The notes beneath the pieces are model-generated. The model worked only from the letters and a program-made list of their open reading frames with translations, searched no databases and had not been told where the DNA came from. Of a stretch of 39,119 nt of DNA, positions 34,515 through 39,119 are shown in pieces. Numbering within the stretch: position 1 is the stretch's first letter; each line of letters starts with the position of its first letter. The position numbers and the translations under genes are program-made. Origin of the DNA: Chiloscyllium plagiosum. Its lineage: Eukaryota. Location of the stretch: the NCBI RefSeq assembly GCF_004010195.1, contig NW_025214402.1:1-39119 (forward strand), in the 5' to 3' direction.

Positions 34515-35757
34515 ATATGTGAGTGTAGAGTGTCTAAGTCTGTGAGGGGGCGCATGTGTGAGTGTGGGAGTGTGTGTGTCTGTCGGAGTGTGTGTATGTG
34601 TCTGGGATGGGAGGTTGTGAGTGTCTGTGAGGGAGAGTGTATAAGTGTACGCGTAAGTATAGATTGGTTTAAGTCTGTGAGAGGATGCATGTGTGAGTGT
34701 GGGAGTGTGTGTGTCTGTAAGGTGTGTGTGAATGTCTGTGTGCATGTCTGTGTATATGTGTGACTATGTGTATGAGTGTGTGTGTCTGAAATGGGGGGTT
34801 GTGAGTGTCTGTGAGAGAGAGTGTATAAGTGTGTGCATAAGTGTACAGTGGTCTAAGTCTGTGAGAGTGTGTGTGTGTGTGTGTAGGAGTGTGCATTTAG
34901 TGCAATGGTGGTCACCTGTAGTGTGACATGAACCCAAGGTCCCGGTTGAGGCCCTCCCTATGGGTACGGAACTTAGCTATTAGTCTCTGCTCAGCCACTT
35001 TTCGCTGCTGCCTGTCCCAAGGTCCACCTTGAAGGATGGTCACCTGAAGGTCTGAGGTCGAATGTCCTGGACCGCTGAAGTGTTCCCCAACTGGGCGGGA
35101 ACACTCCTGTCTGTTGATTGTTGTGCAGTGCCAATTCATCTGTTGCCGTCACGGTAGTCGCTGCAAGACGTGTCAGAGTGTGGACATGGATACTACCATT
35201 ACATGTGGGGACACCTCTCATCATGTACATGGCAGGTATTCATGTGACTCAGCTAACGTTGTCTATCTTATACGTTGCAGGCAAGGATGCCCTGAGGCAT
35301 GGTACATTGGGGAAACCGAGCAAAGGCTATGGCAACATATGAATGGGCACCGCAGAACAGCCTAAAGATTATGGCACAGGCAGAGAACACAGGGGACTAA
35401 CACCTTGAACATATTGTCTAGCTAACACTAATTGTTACAGTTAACCTGAGAATGTAACTTTTAAAAAAATGGTATGTGATTTGCACATGAAAGAAATGAA
35501 ACTATCATGGTATTCGAACAGATGAAAAACTCAACAAACAATCAAGGCATTTTTCAATGTATAATTTCAGTTACATCACACTGTAAACTTTCGCTACAAA
35601 TTCTGTATCTTACAATTGTGTCCTCCACAACCAACTGATGAAGGAGCGGTGCTCCGAATGCTAGTGCTTCCAATTAAACCTGTTAGACTATAACCTGGTG
35701 TTGTGTGACTTTTAACTTTGTCCACCCCAGTCCAACACCGGCATCTCCAAATCATGA
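34515..35757. mobile_element. Rearranged Penelope-like element (inverted part 34515-35148, direct part 35146-35757)
   Basis: Same family as 24181-25742; minus GIY-YIG C-terminus plus TG-rich tail; plus CKTC..NVVYLIRC..WYIGE; terminal repeat with hammerhead remnant 35632-35666. Confidence 0.9.
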
Positions 35758-36689
35758 CTCCTTTCCAATCCTTTAACCTCAATATGAAAGAAAAATACAG
35801 CTGGCAATTTATACCCTCCAGGATTCAGTATTGAGTTCATCAATTCCAAACCATAATGTATTTCCTCCATTTTGTTTCTTTTCAATTTGTAGATTGGACT
35901 TTAATTTTTGTTTCTTTTCAATTTCAGATGGCAGCTTCATATCATTCTGCCATTCACACCTCTTTTAGTCACATCTTTTATTTCTTTGCTTGACCCATTA
36001 CCGTTTCCTTTGGGCTTGCTGTTTATCACCCTCTGTCTTTCACCCTCTGTCAGACCTATCCCACCCTTCAGTCTTCTACTTGATTAAAACATACTACCTT
36101 TCTAACTTTGCCAACTCTAACGAAAGGACATGGACCTGTAACATTAACTGTTTTTTCTCTTGCTGTTGATGCTTTCAGACTAGATTTTCATTCTCTCAGC
36201 TGATGGTACCACTCGACAAGTCAGTTTCCAGAGAGAAGTCTGACTTGGCAGATCACAAATTTTATTTTTGCAATTTGGTCCCATGATGGTCAGTCACTGA
36301 ACATTTTCACAAAAAGCTGACAATCTACTTTTAAAACAACATAACTTGATTACACAGAAGAAAGAGAAAAATAAAAGCTAAAACAATTTGGAAAGATCAT
36401 ATCATAACCAGCAAAAAGGAATATTCAACCATTTTTCTCAGCAATATCCAGTACAGCACTCAACCCGAATGAAGCATTACTTCTATCTTCAGTCTTTAAT
36501 TTCTTACTGGACTGCTGAGGTCAGTCAGTTCCCTTCTGCGGTATTTTGCACATTTGTCAGAGTCTCTCCATCCCTCCTTGAGATACATAGACAGAAGCTA
36601 ACTCACTGCCTTTTGTCACTGAATTTGAAGAAAACAATCAGGGCTTTTCCAGCAACTTTGAACACTTTGAGGCTACAAAGTAGCACATC

Positions 36690-36845
36690 TGAAGATATTT
36701 GGATCAGTACACAAATAGGAAAGGTTTGGAGGGATATGGGCCAGGACCAGGCAGGTGGAACTAGGTTACTTTGGGATTATGTTCGACATAGACTGGTTGC
36801 ACTGAAGGGCTCGTTGCTGTGCTGTCTGATTCTTTGACCCTATGA
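36690..36845 (+). mobile_element. CR1 3' tail
   Basis: AAGGTTTGGAGGGATATGGGCCAGG..GCAGGTGG..CTGAAGGGC..TGCTGT..CTATGA. Confidence 0.75.
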
Positions 36846-37162
36846 ATAATTTCTTCTGAATTGACCTTTGTCCTCTGGCCTCTGTCCCCTGGCTGCTGGC
36901 CTCTCCATCTGGATTTAGGAGCTTATTTAGTTCCCAGGACAGCTTATCTGGTCATTTAACTTAACTCACATTTTTTTGGGGAATGCTGCTTGATCTGTTG
37001 GTTGAAGAAAGGAGGTTCTGACTTGTAAAAAGAAGTCACTTTCACAGAACTGAAAAGCAAAGACCCATTTACCTCTTCTTCAGATCCTAATGTTGATAAT
37101 ATATGAAACTTTAACACAGTATTTTCAGTTTTTATTTTAGATTTAATCTTTCTGTTTTATAG

Positions 37163-37275
37163 TTGGAATTGACTACTACCTTGGATGGGTAAAACTGAAG
37201 ATAAACGAATTTGAGTTGGACACAAACTACAGTGGTTGGGATTACTTCGACCTATTAAGAAATGCTAGTGGTTGG
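37163..37275 (+). CDS. Coding exon 3: possible first half of a SEA-like module; gene continues beyond the window
   Basis: Acceptor ctttctgttttatAG; phase 1 to 0; (V)GIDYYLGWVKLKINEFELDTNYSGWDYFDLLRNASGW; donor TGG|GTATGT; two N-glycosylation sequons. Confidence 0.75.
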
Positions 37276-37646
37276 GTATGTAAAACCACTGAACATATAT
37301 TCCTGAATGCTCAGTAGGAATATATAATTGTGATTTTCGTCCAAGAAACACAATTTGGAGATGGTAATAAATTTTAATAACATTTTTTTCTTCTGTTTAT
37401 TTTTCCTTTTCTCTTTCGCTTTGACTGAGTGTTACCCTGTGCTGAGAGTAATTCCATGCATGGGAACAGCTCTCTGGTTAAGTGAGTTGGCAAAAGAAAT
37501 TGGTAGATGGAGTAGACCAGAGGAAAACATTAATTTATAAGTTAACAGGTATGCTAGAAAAGCAGTATGTTATTTCAATGGAGACAGGTTGCAGAACTCT
37601 GAAGTATGAAGAATGGAAAGGTGATAGGAAAGGTGAAGAATGGAAA

Positions 37647-37978
37647 GGTGGTATTATCGCTGGACTGTTAATCCAGAGACTGAGGTAATGTTTTGGGGAC
37701 TCAGATTTAAGTCCCACCATGGCAGATGGTGGAAATTGAATCCAATAAAATGAAAATCGAGAATTAATGGTGTAATGATGACCATGAATCCATTGTCGAT
37801 TGGGGAAAAACCTATCCGGTTCGTGAATGTCCATTGGGGAAGGAAATCTGCCATCTTGACCCAGTCTGACTCCAGATCCATAACAATGTGATTGACTCTA
37901 AAAACTGCCCTATGACCAATAAATACTGGCCTAACCAACGGTTCCCTCATCTCGTGAATGAATAAAAGAATAATAAAA
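37647..37978 (+). mobile_element. tRNA-derived SINE (family of 21259-21587)
   Basis: GTGGTATTATCGCTGGACTGTTAATCCAGAGAC..TCCCACCATGGCAGATGG..GATGACCATGAATCCATTGTCGATT..CAATAAATACTGGCCTA..GAATGAATAAAA. Confidence 0.85.
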
Positions 37979-38004
37979 GTGTCTGGTACGTGAATCTGAA
38001 TCAC

Positions 38005-38262
38005 ATAAATTCAGCATGCTAGGTAGGTAATTAGAAAGGCAAATAGAATGTTGTTGTTTATTGCAAGGTGAATGGAATATTAAAGAAGGGAGTATGATAT
38101 AGCTGAACAGGACTTTGAGAAGACCACATCTGGATTATTGTGTACGTGTCTGGCCTCCTTTTTTAAGAAAGGATGCATTGAGGTTGGAAACAGTGCAGAG
38201 GAGGTTCACTTGACTAATACTGGGATGGGGAGAACTAATGAGGAAAGATTGGTCAGGCTGGA
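38005..38262 (+). mobile_element. Degenerate CR1 fragment
   Basis: TAATTAGAAAGGCAAATAGAATG..AGACCACATCTGGA..GTGCAGAGGAGGTTCAC. Confidence 0.7.
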
Positions 38263-39119
38263 GTTACCAAGCAAGTTAATGCAAATTAATGGCTTGCTGC
38301 CATTCTCTTGTCACAGTCACAACAGTGTTACTTAGCAATTAGTTGATGTTTCTATCCACACATTTTCATATTCTGTTATTATGTTCTAGCTGGAAGCTGC
38401 ACTCCTAACACATGATGTATCTGATGCAAATATCCACGTCCTCTGCCCAGAGACAACCTTTATAGATCAACAGTACCCAGTCCTTGGTTTTATGTTGGCA
38501 GTAGATCGGAGTTACAGTATCGATTGGCTCCAGCAAGGATTCCACATCTTAATTAATACCAGTGAATACGTATGTGATGTAAAACTTGGAGGTAAGATGA
38601 TGTGGAGCAGGTCAGACTTTTGTTGCATGTGAATGACTTCTGAGTTGTTATCATGTGGTTATTTTTTATCTCTAACTGTCTCTCCCTGTTTCTCTCCATC
38701 AAATGTGAGAATGTTTTCATGCAACCCAGATCCATTCTTACTTTGTTGAGGTTGGCTTTATCCCTGTTAATTGTTTTTTGCGCTGGATTGTTTACATTAC
38801 TTTTCCATTGTTACCTGAAACATTACTGTCCACCAAAATGGTGTTTTACTGACATTTTGATCCAATTGTCCCATCCCATTCCTCAGAGCCAGGTCCTGCA
38901 GTGCCTCCTTTCTTGTTGGACTGGAATCTGTAGCTGATGTAGGAAATGCTGCAGATCACATGTGATGGGTGACACGGCGTTTTGCTGGGGATCTCTATGA
39001 CTCTATGAATAGAAACTCTTGCCCCCTCTCACCTGTACACCACGATTTTCCCAGCTTTTATTTGGCTAATAACTATGCAGTATTTTGTGCACCTCTCTGT
39101 AACTTCCTTACAAATGTGT

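Noticed and set aside
36388..36837. 149-aa ORF
   Set aside because: Non-ATG start, ends in a CR1 tail, and has no splice-compatible relation to the plus-strand gene

Overview
Repeat-rich vertebrate genomic DNA, almost certainly from a shark or other elasmobranch. It carries HE1/V-SINEs with (AATCT)n tails, CR1-clade LINE debris, a DeuSINE and Penelope-like elements; most of the supplied ORFs are repeat-derived or chance. Two divergently oriented genes are visible. (1) A minus-strand gene starts at a CpG island (~12.55-13.35 kb; 4 NRF1 palindromes, CRE, ETS, CCAAT). It has a candidate first exon with a donor at 13039 and a candidate 35-nt exon at 1014-1048; its identity cannot be read from this window. 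(2) A plus-strand gene largely missed by the ORF track has three phase-compatible coding exons (25962-26103, 31585-31800, 37163-37275). They encode a signal peptide, a 6-Cys WAP-like module and the start of a SEA-like module, resembling a divergent uromodulin-like 1 (UMODL1)-related protein with no visible EMI exon. The most unusual non-coding signal is a set of about nine minimal hammerhead-ribozyme motifs in Penelope ends and in short TSD-flanked or fold-back non-autonomous Penelope derivatives; one copy keeps a fully intact core. Penelope hammerheads are known in general, so novelty would lie in these particular families. No CRISPR, rRNA, true tRNA or prokaryotic system is present. Family assignments are from recalled consensus sequences, not database searches.
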